Of a DNA stretch of 42,738 bases, positions 27,392 to 37,502 are shown piece by piece. This DNA is from a virus. Taxonomy: Duplodnaviria > Caudoviricetes. The stretch is from positions 1-42,738 of the IMG/VR virus record IMGVR_UViG_3300044514_000023; one strand, given 5' to 3'. The notes beneath the pieces are model-generated. The model was not told the origin of the DNA and did not search any database. It worked only from the letters and a program-made list of their open reading frames with translations. A program made the translations under genes and the position numbers. Each line of letters opens with the position of its first letter. Positions within the stretch are counted from its first letter, which is position 1.

Positions 27392-29506
27392 ATGCTCCAG
27401 GAGATTCAGGTCGTTCTGACAGCTCCTGACGGTTCCGAGCTGGACCTGACGGAGCGGCTTTCGTCCATAGACGATCTCTCGCAGGCCATCGAGGAGGACC
27501 TGCTTGAGTTCGTACACGACGACATCTCGCTCGAGCTGGACGACCGGGACGGTGATCTGGAGGCTCTGCTGGCGAACGCGACTGCGGACGACATCTACGA
27601 GATGAGGATCTGGCGGACGCTAGAGAGGCGGCGCGCCAAACGGCAGCTACTCTTCGCTGGCATGCTGGATCTGCCATGGTCGCTCAGCTACGACCGCAAG
27701 GAGCGAACGGCCTCGATCCAACTGTTTGCCTACTCGAAGCTGTTGGAGAAGGCGTCGGCGGAGAATGTCAAAAGGGACATAGGAGCTCAGACCGGGAGCG
27801 TAACCGGAGGAACGAAGGTCGTCACGTTATCCAGCAGCGGTCAACTCGTTGTGGGCGACGAGATCAGGCTCACAGGCCCCACGGCCGAAGAGAGTCAGGA
27901 GATCGCTACGGTAGACAGCTCTACTCAGGTGACGACGGTCGAGAATTGGACCAACACGATCACTAGCGGAGAGCTGACCCTGATAACTCCATATTACCGC
28001 AACCGGACGGTCGAGGCTCTGGCCGCCGATCTGTTTACAGAAGCAGGCATCTCGGATTATCAGATCCAGGAAGATGCCATCTCGGCCTACCCCGTAGCAA
28101 CCGAGATAAACAAGACTGGACTGCCGGTCGGGAATCCCCTAAGCATCGTGGACCAGGTCGGAGCCATCACGGCCACATTTCCTCCGGCCGTTACGACCAA
28201 GCGCAAGACCTCGATAGATCCACAGGGCGAGTGGTCCGACGGCGCCACTTCAAACGCGACTCAGGGAGACTGGAGGCCCTATCTGCTCACCGAGCCTGCC
28301 AGCATCCTAGCTTTCGGAACCGGCGTCTATCCTGACGACGGTGGATTCGGTACCGGCTTCGCTTGGGATCACGCCGGCTCCCACCGATACCAGATGGTCC
28401 TTGACCTCGGAACGTTCCCCGATACGCGGCTCAGCCTGGAGAAGGACGGTGCGACCATCGCGAGCCTTACTGCTCAGGGTCCATCCATCAAGCACGGGAA
28501 GTGCGAGTATGAGCCGACCCAGGATGAGGTGTGGATCGCTTGGGACGACGGAGGCGTCAACCAATCCTCTCAAGTCCGTACGTCGGCTGGTGTCCTAATC
28601 TCTACGCTCTCGCAGTTTCAAGGCGGGGCCTTCCGTTGTATGCGCGATCTCGGGGTGATCCTCCACCATTCCGGAACAACCCTTTCGGTCATAGACCCAG
28701 CCACACGGGCGACGGTGAAGAGCGTGACGACACCGGCCGATGTTCGCATCTGGACCGCTCGCTACCTCAACGGTTTCGTGCTTGCGATGTACACCGAACG
28801 CGGCAAAACTAGGATGATCGTCTGGGATTCCGTGTGGACCCAATTGACAACCTACGAGCTATCTGACCAGACCTGGCGCCTTTTGCAAACGGTGTTCGAG
28901 GTGGCCGATGGTAGGCTCGTGTTGGTTGGGTATGCCGGAGACCGGTGGTTTGTTGCCTCAACCGAGTTTGCCGGCGTGATCCCATATGCCGACTTCCATG
29001 GCAAGAGCTGCTCGGCTGCCCTCAGAGATCTCGCTCTCGCTTCTCTGTCGGTCGTGACCGTTGACCACTTTCGAGTCGGCTACTTCCTGTCCAGACAGAC
29101 GCAGCTATCACAAGGCCCCGGGCCGTTCGAGCTGGATACGCCTCTCTCTCGTGAGACGCGGCAGCTCAGCGAGCAATTCCGAACCTCCGTGAAGGTGACT
29201 GGCAAGACCGAGCAAGGCGAGGACATCGAGATCATCGGCGGCGACACCGGGGAATCGCAGCGTCGGCTCGAGCTGGACAGCGATCTTATCACCACCTCGT
29301 CGCTCGCGCAGGCGGTGGCTGAAGCCTACTCGGCATTCCTGTCGAGGATACGACGGGAGGAACAGGTAACAATCCAGGAGGACGGTGAGTTGCTAGCTCC
29401 GCTCCGGTGGGTCGTGCTGGACGGCATCGAGTACCAGGTGATGGAGGCCGAGACCGACGTTCTGGAGAGAGTTCAGGACCTACGTCTCATCGAGGTCGTG
29501 ACGTGA
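27392..29506 (+). CDS. Tail tip/hub protein with inserted beta-rich domains
   Basis: 704 aa after TMP; N- and C-terminal hub-like segments. Confidence 0.6.
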   Translation: MLQEIQVVLTAPDGSELDLTERLSSIDDLSQAIEEDLLEFVHDDISLELDDRDGDLEALLANATADDIYEMRIWRTLERRRAKRQLLFAGMLDLPWSLSYDRKERTASIQLFAYSKLLEKASAENVKRDIGAQTGSVTGGTKVVTLSSSGQLVVGDEIRLTGPTAEESQEIATVDSSTQVTTVENWTNTITSGELTLITPYYRNRTVEALAADLFTEAGISDYQIQEDAISAYPVATEINKTGLPVGNPLSIVDQVGAITATFPPAVTTKRKTSIDPQGEWSDGATSNATQGDWRPYLLTEPASILAFGTGVYPDDGGFGTGFAWDHAGSHRYQMVLDLGTFPDTRLSLEKDGATIASLTAQGPSIKHGKCEYEPTQDEVWIAWDDGGVNQSSQVRTSAGVLISTLSQFQGGAFRCMRDLGVILHHSGTTLSVIDPATRATVKSVTTPADVRIWTARYLNGFVLAMYTERGKTRMIVWDSVWTQLTTYELSDQTWRLLQTVFEVADGRLVLVGYAGDRWFVASTEFAGVIPYADFHGKSCSAALRDLALASLSVVTVDHFRVGYFLSRQTQLSQGPGPFELDTPLSRETRQLSEQFRTSVKVTGKTEQGEDIEIIGGDTGESQRRLELDSDLITTSSLAQAVAEAYSAFLSRIRREEQVTIQEDGELLAPLRWVVLDGIEYQVMEAETDVLERVQDLRLIEVVT

Positions 29507-30132
29507 GCGACGGGTACTCCAGGTACGCGCTCCTCCGGGAGACTCCGCTGAACGGAGCGGAGGTCATCGTAGACCTGATGACTGCCCTCACGGACCTAGG
29601 CGGCCCCGAGAGGATGCGCGAGTCGCACGAGCTGATCCAGTCGAGGACCGAGGACGTGAACAGGCGTCGGAGGACTCGGCGGGACGGCCTTCGCTACCAG
29701 GTGGACATGGCCATCTCAATCACCACCATGAACGATCAGGCAACCGTCGCGGACATCGTGAACAAGTGGGAGGACCGCGGGGAAGAGTGGTCTTTCGAGC
29801 TGTCTATGGACGGCGGCATCAACTACATCCCGGTAGGTCTCTTGAACTACACCGGCCCTGTTCCGATACGCGACAAGACGGTGATCGGCGCGGACTACCG
29901 GATGGTTTGGGAGAGCCTGGACCTGCTCTATGAAGTTCCGTTCATCACCGCGTCCGCCGCTCCGGCCATCAGCTCGCCGGTGCTCCCCAGGGTGTACGAG
30001 TTCCCGACGAACCCATCTCCAGGACAGGTAGCGCGGATCAAGCTGCTCAACCAGCCCGAGCAGATTGCTTGGTGGATCTCCGACGCAGCAGACGTGTTTG
30101 GCTGGGTGGTGGTGGCTACCGGAGGGACTTAG
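29503..30132 (+). CDS. Distal tail-like protein with C-terminal fibre-anchor-like segment
   Basis: GTGA-coupled; ends FPTNPSPGQ...WVVVATGGT. Confidence 0.55.
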   Translation: MSDGYSRYALLRETPLNGAEVIVDLMTALTDLGGPERMRESHELIQSRTEDVNRRRRTRRDGLRYQVDMAISITTMNDQATVADIVNKWEDRGEEWSFELSMDGGINYIPVGLLNYTGPVPIRDKTVIGADYRMVWESLDLLYEVPFITASAAPAISSPVLPRVYEFPTNPSPGQVARIKLLNQPEQIAWWISDAADVFGWVVVATGGT

Positions 30133-30133
30133 G

Positions 30134-33100
30134 ATGCGCAGACTTGCCGCTCTTATCCTGGCCGTGTTTTCGTGGAGGAGCGTACAAGCCCAGACGGTGA
30201 TCCCGCGCCCCGTCACGTCTACCGGGTCGGCGCCGACCGGGGGCTGCCAGGGACTCCTCGGTCAGTCGAAGAAGGTCACGGTCGGCGTCGACCTCGGCAA
30301 GACCTTTTGCTGTGTGGACCAGGGCGGAGGCGTTCTCCAGTGGCAGCAATGCGATGTTGGCGGCGGTGCTGGCAATCCGGCCGGCTCGAACACGCAGCTC
30401 CAGTTCAATCAGGGCGGTGTTTTCGGCGGTGCCGTTGAGGCCACATACAACACGAGTACACAGCGGACGACAGTGCGTTCCCTCGTGACCGAAGATCATC
30501 CGAGCTTCGATGTGCTGTCTTTTGGCGCGCTGTGCGACGGCACCGGCGACGATCAGCCGGAGATCCAGGCGGCGGCGGACGCGGCGGCGGCCGTGGGCGG
30601 AGGTACTGTGCTGCTGCCCTCGTCACGCGTCATCGGCACGAACAACCAATGCATGGTCGGAAACGAGATCAGCCTGGGTACCAGAGTCGTACTCCGTGGC
30701 GCGGCCAAGGGAGGAGGTGGTCTTACGACCGGCGGCGGCGCTCGGCTCCGTGCGACCGGCGGCTTCCCTTGGGATGGCACTAAGGCGATGGTCAAGCTCG
30801 CGGGCGGAGAAGGTACGCGCGCCGAGAACATGTCGCTCGCCTGCGTGGATGGCGCGAACAGCATCGGTGTGAGGAGCGTCGATTCCGAAGAGAACGGCGG
30901 GCTCCGGGACGTTAACGTCACCGACTGCGTCAAGTACGGAGTCTGGGTGGACAACAGCGACGGCGTGAGTCCCTTCTCGCGCAACCATTCCTACGAGCGC
31001 GTGTCTATCCTCATGTCCGACAGCTCGGACTCCACATCCACGGGGTTCCGCGTGGACGGCGGCACGTCCGGGAACATTCCGGCCGGCCGCTTCCTCTCCG
31101 ACATCACGATCCACGGCTCCACGGCTGGCGGTGCGGTCGGGACGTGCCTGTCCCTGGACAACGTGGAGGGTATCGCGGCCAAGAATCTACACGTCGAGTT
31201 CTGCACGACCGGAGTAAAGATAGGAGCTACCGGGATGGTCCGAGGATTCGATCTGTCAGGGCTCACGGCGGCCGGCGGCTCTTCGATCACCGACCTGGTG
31301 CAGATCAGCAGCGCGACCTCCAGCACGAACATCAACCTGTCGGCGATCAAGTGCGACTCCACGGTCTGCACGAACCTGGTTAACGACCAGGTTGGCGGCA
31401 AGACCATTGCGACCTCGGCTCAGGAGACGCTGGCTACCTACGTTCTGGGCGATCCGGATACCGTGGGGATCAACCGAACGCTCGGCCGCGTCGAGGGCGT
31501 GCTCGACTCAGGGGCTCACGGGAGTCCCGCCGTCGCTACGCGGAACAACGGCGACACCACGGCCGACAGGCGAAGCGACATCGGTTTCATGCACGAAGGG
31601 AACGTGAACGCCAGGATCACGTCCACTCGGGACAGCGGAACCTCTTCGGGTGGCGATCTGTCCCTGGATACGGCCGATACCAGTGGCGCGCTCACCGCAC
31701 GGGTGCGAGTCACGAAAGACGGCAGCGTTAGAATCGTCTCTCCGAGCATGTTGGGCGTTAACGTAGCTCCGACCGTGCCATTTCAGGTAGCCGGCACGAC
31801 CAAGCTTGATGTGCCTACCGGCTGCCTCCAATCCACCTCTGGCGTGATCTCCAGCACCGGCGTGTCCTGCGGCTCCGGCACGGGCGACGTGAGCGGCCCC
31901 GCCTCTGCGGTGGACAACCAGGTCGTGCGCTTCGACGGCACGACCGGGAAGATGATCCAGGCTGGGACAAATGCTCCTAGCTACGACGATGCTGGTGCTG
32001 TCACCGTGTGGGATCAGCTCGCATTCGGGGACACGACCGAGGGCTACGAGATCCGCTGGCCGACACGCGACGGCCCAGGCACGGTGGACCCGCCGGCTAC
32101 TCGGTGGAGCTTCGATACCAACTTTTCCGATGTGTCGGTCAGGACATGCAACGGAGGCTCGCGCGCGGGCTCTCCGTGCGGGTCGGACTCCCACTGTCCG
32201 GCAAGCGCGTGTTCCGCTAGCCCAAACGGAACCTACCGGGACCATCTGATGAGCTGGGGGTACAACCAGGCCCAGGGAGCCAGAATCGACACGACCGAGC
32301 ATTCGTTCGCGCAGGCGATGGAGGCGACGTTTTGGAACGGGAGCACCGCCGAGCTGTTCGAGGTGAATTGGGATTTTACCTCCTCCTCCGGGTCCTCGTT
32401 CCGTCCGTTCGCGTTCGCTATCAACACCGGTTTCGACGGTGCAAGCACTGGCACGGCGGCGTGGGAATTCATCACCCATCCGGGCGCGGCCACCGTGCGA
32501 ATCGATGACGACAGCACGAGCGGCGGCGGCAACGGCGCTACCGTCTCGATCAACCAGGGTGCGGAGTCTCCGTTCGGCACGCTCCAGGTGTACCAGATCG
32601 CGGACGACGCGGCGGTGCCGGCTCAGCGCTCCGCCATCTACGGAAAGTTCTCTGAGCGCCATACCGTCACGACCGTCAACCCCAACACCTTCCTTGGTCT
32701 CCGTTTCGACGCCGATTGTTCGAGTACGACCGCGTCAGCCGATTGCGGGAGCGTGACCGCGTCAGAGCTGAACGCCTCCTGGACCGGCGCCGGCAACACG
32801 AAGGTGCTCGGAAACCTGCATGGGCTCGACGTGAACGTCGATCTGAACCCAACCGGTACCGGCAACACATTCACCGGTGCTGGCGGGATCGACGTGGACG
32901 TGAACTACTCGACGACCGCGGCCAACTTGGACCCGGCGGATGCGAGCGTGACGGGCTACGGGATCCTCGTCGAATCTCCGGCCGGCGATCTGTCAGCAAC
33001 TCGCTACCACTATGGGGAGAAAATCCAGGACCAGCGCGGCATGGGCTCGGACGGTAACGCGGCGCTGCTCATTGACCCTCAGAGCGGAGGCTCCGGTGAA

Positions 33101-33565
33101 GGCAACCTCCACTTTGGCGGCGGCAACTTCTCCAACGGCCACATTACGTTTTACGACGGCTGGGTCCACCTGTGGGCGGAGGCCGGGGCGGACCCTCCTA
33201 TCCTGCGGATCAACGACGGGCTGGCGAATCCTCCTGATTCCGAGCCTGACGGCCCGTCGCTAGTGGTGGCGATGAGCGAGACCGCCAATGTCAGGACGGA
33301 GATCCGGGCCGGCAACGTCTCGATGGACCCGCCGAACATCGACCCCACTGTTGCCAACACCGGGACCGCTACAGCGACGGTGACTGGACTGGCCGCTAAC
33401 GACGTCTGCGAATGCGTCCCGCGCACGGACTTCCACGACGACCTTGGGCTCAAGGGCTGCTTCGGCACGGCCAACACGCTGAACCTGCGGCTCCTCAACA
33501 TCAACACCGTGACGGCCATCGACGCGGCGGCGCAGACCGTTGATTACTCGTGCGTTCGGAAGTAG
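30134..33565 (+). CDS. Tail fibre/tailspike (pectate-lyase-like beta-helix) with N-terminal signal peptide
   Basis: GGAGG RBS; MRRLAALILAVFSWRSVQA|Q; FGA.CDG..DD...IQAA.D...GGGTV.LP; fibre motifs PAGSNTQLQFN and GDVSGPASAVDNQVVRFDGTTGK; 24 Cys. Confidence 0.8.
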   Translation: MRRLAALILAVFSWRSVQAQTVIPRPVTSTGSAPTGGCQGLLGQSKKVTVGVDLGKTFCCVDQGGGVLQWQQCDVGGGAGNPAGSNTQLQFNQGGVFGGAVEATYNTSTQRTTVRSLVTEDHPSFDVLSFGALCDGTGDDQPEIQAAADAAAAVGGGTVLLPSSRVIGTNNQCMVGNEISLGTRVVLRGAAKGGGGLTTGGGARLRATGGFPWDGTKAMVKLAGGEGTRAENMSLACVDGANSIGVRSVDSEENGGLRDVNVTDCVKYGVWVDNSDGVSPFSRNHSYERVSILMSDSSDSTSTGFRVDGGTSGNIPAGRFLSDITIHGSTAGGAVGTCLSLDNVEGIAAKNLHVEFCTTGVKIGATGMVRGFDLSGLTAAGGSSITDLVQISSATSSTNINLSAIKCDSTVCTNLVNDQVGGKTIATSAQETLATYVLGDPDTVGINRTLGRVEGVLDSGAHGSPAVATRNNGDTTADRRSDIGFMHEGNVNARITSTRDSGTSSGGDLSLDTADTSGALTARVRVTKDGSVRIVSPSMLGVNVAPTVPFQVAGTTKLDVPTGCLQSTSGVISSTGVSCGSGTGDVSGPASAVDNQVVRFDGTTGKMIQAGTNAPSYDDAGAVTVWDQLAFGDTTEGYEIRWPTRDGPGTVDPPATRWSFDTNFSDVSVRTCNGGSRAGSPCGSDSHCPASACSASPNGTYRDHLMSWGYNQAQGARIDTTEHSFAQAMEATFWNGSTAELFEVNWDFTSSSGSSFRPFAFAINTGFDGASTGTAAWEFITHPGAATVRIDDDSTSGGGNGATVSINQGAESPFGTLQVYQIADDAAVPAQRSAIYGKFSERHTVTTVNPNTFLGLRFDADCSSTTASADCGSVTASELNASWTGAGNTKVLGNLHGLDVNVDLNPTGTGNTFTGAGGIDVDVNYSTTAANLDPADASVTGYGILVESPAGDLSATRYHYGEKIQDQRGMGSDGNAALLIDPQSGGSGEGNLHFGGGNFSNGHITFYDGWVHLWAEAGADPPILRINDGLANPPDSEPDGPSLVVAMSETANVRTEIRAGNVSMDPPNIDPTVANTGTATATVTGLAANDVCECVPRTDFHDDLGLKGCFGTANTLNLRLLNINTVTAIDAAAQTVDYSCVRK

Positions 33566-33569
33566 AGAG

Positions 33570-33905
33570 ATGTACGAATACCGCGCCTGGGTCGTCAGCG
33601 TCCACGACGGCGATACCGTCACGGTGGACCTGGACCTCGGCTGTCACGTCTGGCTCAAGGGCGAGCGCATCCGGCTACTCGGGATCAACGCACCGGAAAT
33701 CACTGGCGAGACCAAGTACTCCGGTCTCGCCTCGCGCGATGCGTTGGCGGCGGTCGTGCTGGGAAAGATGGTCGAGCTGGAGACCGTCCGTGACAAGCGC
33801 GAGAAGTACGGCCGCTACCTTGGCATCCTGCGAGCCGAGATTGACGGGCAGGTCCGATCTGTGAATGATTGGCTGGTCGAGCAGGGCCACGCGGCCCGCT
33901 CGTAG
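33570..33905 (+). CDS. Thermonuclease (SNase-like)
   Basis: VHDGDT, IRLLGINAPE, KYGRYLG, VN..LV..GHA. Confidence 0.92.
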   Translation: MYEYRAWVVSVHDGDTVTVDLDLGCHVWLKGERIRLLGINAPEITGETKYSGLASRDALAAVVLGKMVELETVRDKREKYGRYLGILRAEIDGQVRSVNDWLVEQGHAARS

Positions 33906-33915
33906 GAGGTGCCTC

Positions 33916-34290
33916 ATGAACGCTCGAAGCAAGGTTCGGCTGGCCTGGATTCTCGGGTTGCTGTTTCTCGTTGGCGCGGTGTGGATCTTCTGTCAGGCTG
34001 GGTCCGATGAATCCCTCACTGTGGACATGAGGATTCCGACAGACGCCGCTAAGCTCGTGGTCCTGCAAGTAGCATTCAGGGACGTGCGTCCAGGCTCTGT
34101 GTGCCCAGACGGCGCGAAAGTGTCTCTAGTCTGGCAAGACGATAGGATAGTGACTGAGATCACTGGCTGTCCAGGGGTGAACGAGGCGGATAGTATTGAT
34201 GCGGCGGCCGAGCAGTTCTTCGAATACTTGAGGAGCCAGACCGAAGAGTGGGTACGGCAGACTATTTGCGAAGAGGAGGTCAAACCATGA
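33916..34290 (+). CDS. Exported/membrane-anchored hypothetical protein
   Basis: AGGAGGT RBS; basic N-region followed by LAWILGLLFLVGAVWIF. Confidence 0.7.
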   Translation: MNARSKVRLAWILGLLFLVGAVWIFCQAGSDESLTVDMRIPTDAAKLVVLQVAFRDVRPGSVCPDGAKVSLVWQDDRIVTEITGCPGVNEADSIDAAAEQFFEYLRSQTEEWVRQTICEEEVKP

Positions 34291-35378
34291 GGCGACTTCT
34301 CCCGATTTTCCTCCTCTCCTGTCTCGCTGAGGCCGGCGAGATCCCGCTCCAGTGGAGCCGGGTGACTGTACCCTCTGGAGTCGTGTTGCTCGGGTACGAG
34401 GTCTACCGGGGCTCTCAGCCAGGAGTCTACGGTCCTCCGACCTTCGTCAGGCTCTGCTCGGGAGCGATCGGCGAGATCCCGGCAACGAACTGCATCGTTG
34501 CTGCGGCGCCGCGGTACAACGTGGACGTGGCGGACTGCCTGGGCCACTTCGTAGCCGTCAAGACCCGGGGGCTCAACTGCGTGACCACGGGGGCGACCTG
34601 CTCGAGCTCGAGCTTCTCGAACGAACTCGCGGACCAGTGGCCCTCGGTGACTGTGAGCTCCGTGACCCCCGATCGCTGGCCAGCCGGGCAGAGCACTGGC
34701 GCCCGCGTCATCGGCTCGAACTTCCGTACTCCGATGACGGTTGCGGAGACCTCGACGGACGTGACGCTCTCTGGGCTCCAGGTGGTCTCCTGCTCCGAGC
34801 TGATGTACTCCGCCGCGGTCGCGTCTGTCTTCACGGCCGGCCTCGTCCCCATCGAGTATCGCAACGCGGACGGCAGCTCCGTGGTCCGTGGCGTCGAGCT
34901 GTTCTCGGGCGGCGTGGTCCTGCCGGCGCCTACGGATCTCGGCAGGGTGGACGTGAGGCCGGGGGAGCCGACGGGGCCCACGGAGGTCGTCGTCAATGAC
35001 GGCGATCCTGGGACGAGCAAGACCGGCACATGGAGCGCAACGACGCCGGGCACCGTCAGCCCTGGAGCCTGGCAGGGGGATTGGGAGTTTTCGAGCGCGA
35101 CGGGCGCGACGTACACGTTCAGCGCTGGTCCGCTCTCTGGAACCTATGAGGTTTTCGAACAGCACGAGGCGAGGTCAAGCAGGGCCGCTGCGGTCATGGT
35201 GTTGGTAGCAGACGGTCCTGAAGTTCTCTCGACTCCGACTGTGAATCATCAAATCAACGGGGGTCGCTGGAACAGTCTTGGAACGTTTGCGTTCACTGGC
35301 GAGGCTAGGGTTGGATTATCACGCCTGAGCACCTCCGGCTCCGTCTGCGCCGACGCCATCCGCTTCGTGAGACAGTAA
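34287..35378 (+). CDS. Secreted FN3/Ig-like + C-terminal CBM (golvesin/xanthan-lyase-C-like) protein
   Basis: MRRLLPIFLLSCLAEA|G; W...GYEVYRG...VAV...SNE (FN3); GTYEVF, NGGRWNSLGTF.F, ADAIRF. Confidence 0.75.
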   Translation: MRRLLPIFLLSCLAEAGEIPLQWSRVTVPSGVVLLGYEVYRGSQPGVYGPPTFVRLCSGAIGEIPATNCIVAAAPRYNVDVADCLGHFVAVKTRGLNCVTTGATCSSSSFSNELADQWPSVTVSSVTPDRWPAGQSTGARVIGSNFRTPMTVAETSTDVTLSGLQVVSCSELMYSAAVASVFTAGLVPIEYRNADGSSVVRGVELFSGGVVLPAPTDLGRVDVRPGEPTGPTEVVVNDGDPGTSKTGTWSATTPGTVSPGAWQGDWEFSSATGATYTFSAGPLSGTYEVFEQHEARSSRAAAVMVLVADGPEVLSTPTVNHQINGGRWNSLGTFAFTGEARVGLSRLSTSGSVCADAIRFVRQ

Positions 35379-35422
35379 ACAAACCGCGCCCGTCCGGCTG
35401 CGGGAGCAGAAAGGCCCTCACT

Positions 35423-35767
35423 GTGAAAACAGGCACCGCAAAACCCCGTACCACGATACCGGACCCCGGCGAGCCGGCGCCGGGGCCGCAGCTCGCCCGA
35501 GAGCGCTTCCTCGAGTTCGTCGCATTTTGTGAACGTGAACGGCGATTCAACGAGAGTCTGTTAGACACGGGGCGGAGGCTCATGGTGACGCTGGCCTATG
35601 CGGAGTGCGGCAAGCAGAGACTAGTAGCCAGGATACTTCGACTGAGTACAAGGATGGTCAACTATCATCTCGAGCAGGCTGGTGTACTGAGGCCGACGGA
35701 CCGTGGTGAGCGCAAGAGAATCGCGTACAATCCGCGCAAGAAGCTGCGGATAGCGAGGTCGGCGTGA
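35423..35767 (+). CDS. HTH DNA-binding protein
   Basis: QRLVARILRLSTRMVNYHL; start codon uncertain. Confidence 0.6.
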   Translation: MKTGTAKPRTTIPDPGEPAPGPQLARERFLEFVAFCERERRFNESLLDTGRRLMVTLAYAECGKQRLVARILRLSTRMVNYHLEQAGVLRPTDRGERKRIAYNPRKKLRIARSA

Positions 35768-36219
35768 CTCATCCTCTCCTCGGACGAGCCGTCAAGTCCG
35801 AGCGCGAGCTGACGCCGGTTCGCTCGGGTGGCTTTACCGGTAAGGTCGGCAGCTTCGGGCCCACGAGGGTCCACGCCGACGGTTCACCGAAGATGCACAA
35901 GGGTGTGGACCTGCTCTGTCCCGAGAGATGGCCGGTGTTCGCGGCGCACGGCGGGACGGTCGAGCGTGCCGGCTGGGAGCATCAGGTCTATCACACGCAA
36001 GGGTACGGGATGCGCGTCCGGCTCGTGGGTAAAGAGGCGGTCACGGTGTACGCTCATCTTTCCGAGTTATTCGTCGTGCAGGACCAGGTCGTGGCCGAGG
36101 GGGACGTGATCGGCCGCGCTGGTAGAACAGGCAACATCGAACCGTCAACGCCGACGCACCTGCACTTCGAGCTGCATCTCGCTGGCGGCCCTGTGGATCC
36201 TGAGGCGAATCTAGTCTAG
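35764..36219 (+). CDS. M23 peptidase, probable endolysin
   Basis: HKGVD, YAHL, GRTGN, HLHFE, VDP. Confidence 0.92.
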   Translation: MTHPLLGRAVKSERELTPVRSGGFTGKVGSFGPTRVHADGSPKMHKGVDLLCPERWPVFAAHGGTVERAGWEHQVYHTQGYGMRVRLVGKEAVTVYAHLSELFVVQDQVVAEGDVIGRAGRTGNIEPSTPTHLHFELHLAGGPVDPEANLV

Positions 36220-36226
36220 GGGTGGC

Positions 36227-36580
36227 GTGGTGAAAATATTGGACAAGCTGAACGGAGCCGCGAAGTGGCTCGCCCCATCCATCGCGGCGGTCATTGCGTT
36301 TGCGGCGATGACGGCGGTGCAGCAATGCACGGCCGATCGCGAGGCCATCGCGTGGGTGAAGGCGCACAAGAGGGACTCCGATGAGCTGGTGGCGCCTGTA
36401 CGCGCGCACCTCAGCGACAGCAGGTCTCATCTGTACGACACCGAGGAGGCGATGATCGTCACGAGTCCGGCCTGGCGTGAGGATGTCAACCGGCGGCTGA
36501 CCTCCATCGAGGGCCAGCTCCGGGATCTTAACGGCTACCTGATGACGGGGCGCGCGCCCGCGCGGAAGTACCTGGAATGA
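36227..36580 (+). CDS. Single-TM + coiled-coil protein (lysis accessory candidate)
   Basis: WLAPSIAAVIAFAAMTAV then RRLTSIEGQLRDL; follows endolysin. Confidence 0.55.
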   Translation: MVKILDKLNGAAKWLAPSIAAVIAFAAMTAVQQCTADREAIAWVKAHKRDSDELVAPVRAHLSDSRSHLYDTEEAMIVTSPAWREDVNRRLTSIEGQLRDLNGYLMTGRAPARKYLE

Positions 36581-36813
36581 AGACAGCCGTTCTCTCCTTC
36601 CCTTCCCACGAGCACGAGGCGGATTCGGTCTGCCTGGTGTGCAGCAACCTACGTGGCGGCGAGAAGCCGCTGAAGATCGAGCCTGGAATCTGGCAGAAGC
36701 GGTGCACGAGCTGCGGGAATACGATCCTGTACCGCACGAGCCATTACACACAAGAAGACTTCGAGGACGCCAAGAAGCGATCCGACCTACTCAAAGAGAA
36801 GTTGAACTGGTGA
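36577..36813 (+). CDS. Zn-ribbon protein
   Basis: CLVC...CTSCG. Confidence 0.6.
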   Translation: MKTAVLSFPSHEHEADSVCLVCSNLRGGEKPLKIEPGIWQKRCTSCGNTILYRTSHYTQEDFEDAKKRSDLLKEKLNW

Positions 36814-37052
36814 AGCCCTACCGCGTCCAGACCTGGAAGCGCTCTGAGACCTGGCGGCACTATTGCTCTTTCGAGGGCCTGGTCACTGCCGCGAAGGTGG
36901 CGAGCCGGCTCGTGGGGGTCGCCCCGGCCTACTGCCACAGGGCCAGGGTACTTGACAGGAGGGACCGGGTCGTGGCGGAATACCCACGAACTCCTGCCCA
37001 CAACGGGCAGCGCGTCGCTTCGGCCATGATGGGCTGCGCGGCAGAGCGGTAG
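36810..37052 (+). CDS. Hypothetical protein
   Basis: GTGA-coupled start VKPYRVQ. Confidence 0.5.
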   Translation: MKPYRVQTWKRSETWRHYCSFEGLVTAAKVASRLVGVAPAYCHRARVLDRRDRVVAEYPRTPAHNGQRVASAMMGCAAER

Positions 37053-37256
37053 TCACAAGCCCTCCCGTCCCGCCGTTGCGGGGGCCGGCCTGGAGGGCCA
37101 GCAGGAGGCATGAGTTCCCGTCAGACAGCGCTCGATGTCCAAGGGACCCCAAGTAGGCCGGGTAGCCGGCGCCCGGCGAATGAACAGCTCAACGGGGAAC
37201 GCCGCCCCATGAGATAGGCGTGACGGCCGGGAGAGACCGGCGCCAAGGGAGATACG

Positions 37257-37502
37257 GTGAAACACCTCATTCTCGTCTTTCTCCTCCTTCTCCTCCCTGC
37301 CTGCACGGACACCGACATCATCGTCTCGAACGAATGCGAGCGCGTGAAGCTAGCGTGCCAGCAATGCGAGGCGCTGGAGGCGAGGACAGGGCAGCCTTGC
37401 GAGGACTGCCCGGCGATGATCGCAGAGGCGTGTCACGAGGACCAGCCCGACTGCGACCGCAGAGGCAAGGGGCATTGCAAGGAGGGGAATCCGCATGGGT
37501 AA
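37257..37502 (+). CDS. Cys-rich lipoprotein
   Basis: MKHLILVFLLLLLPA|C lipobox plus 8 more Cys. Confidence 0.75.
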   Translation: MKHLILVFLLLLLPACTDTDIIVSNECERVKLACQQCEALEARTGQPCEDCPAMIAEACHEDQPDCDRRGKGHCKEGNPHG

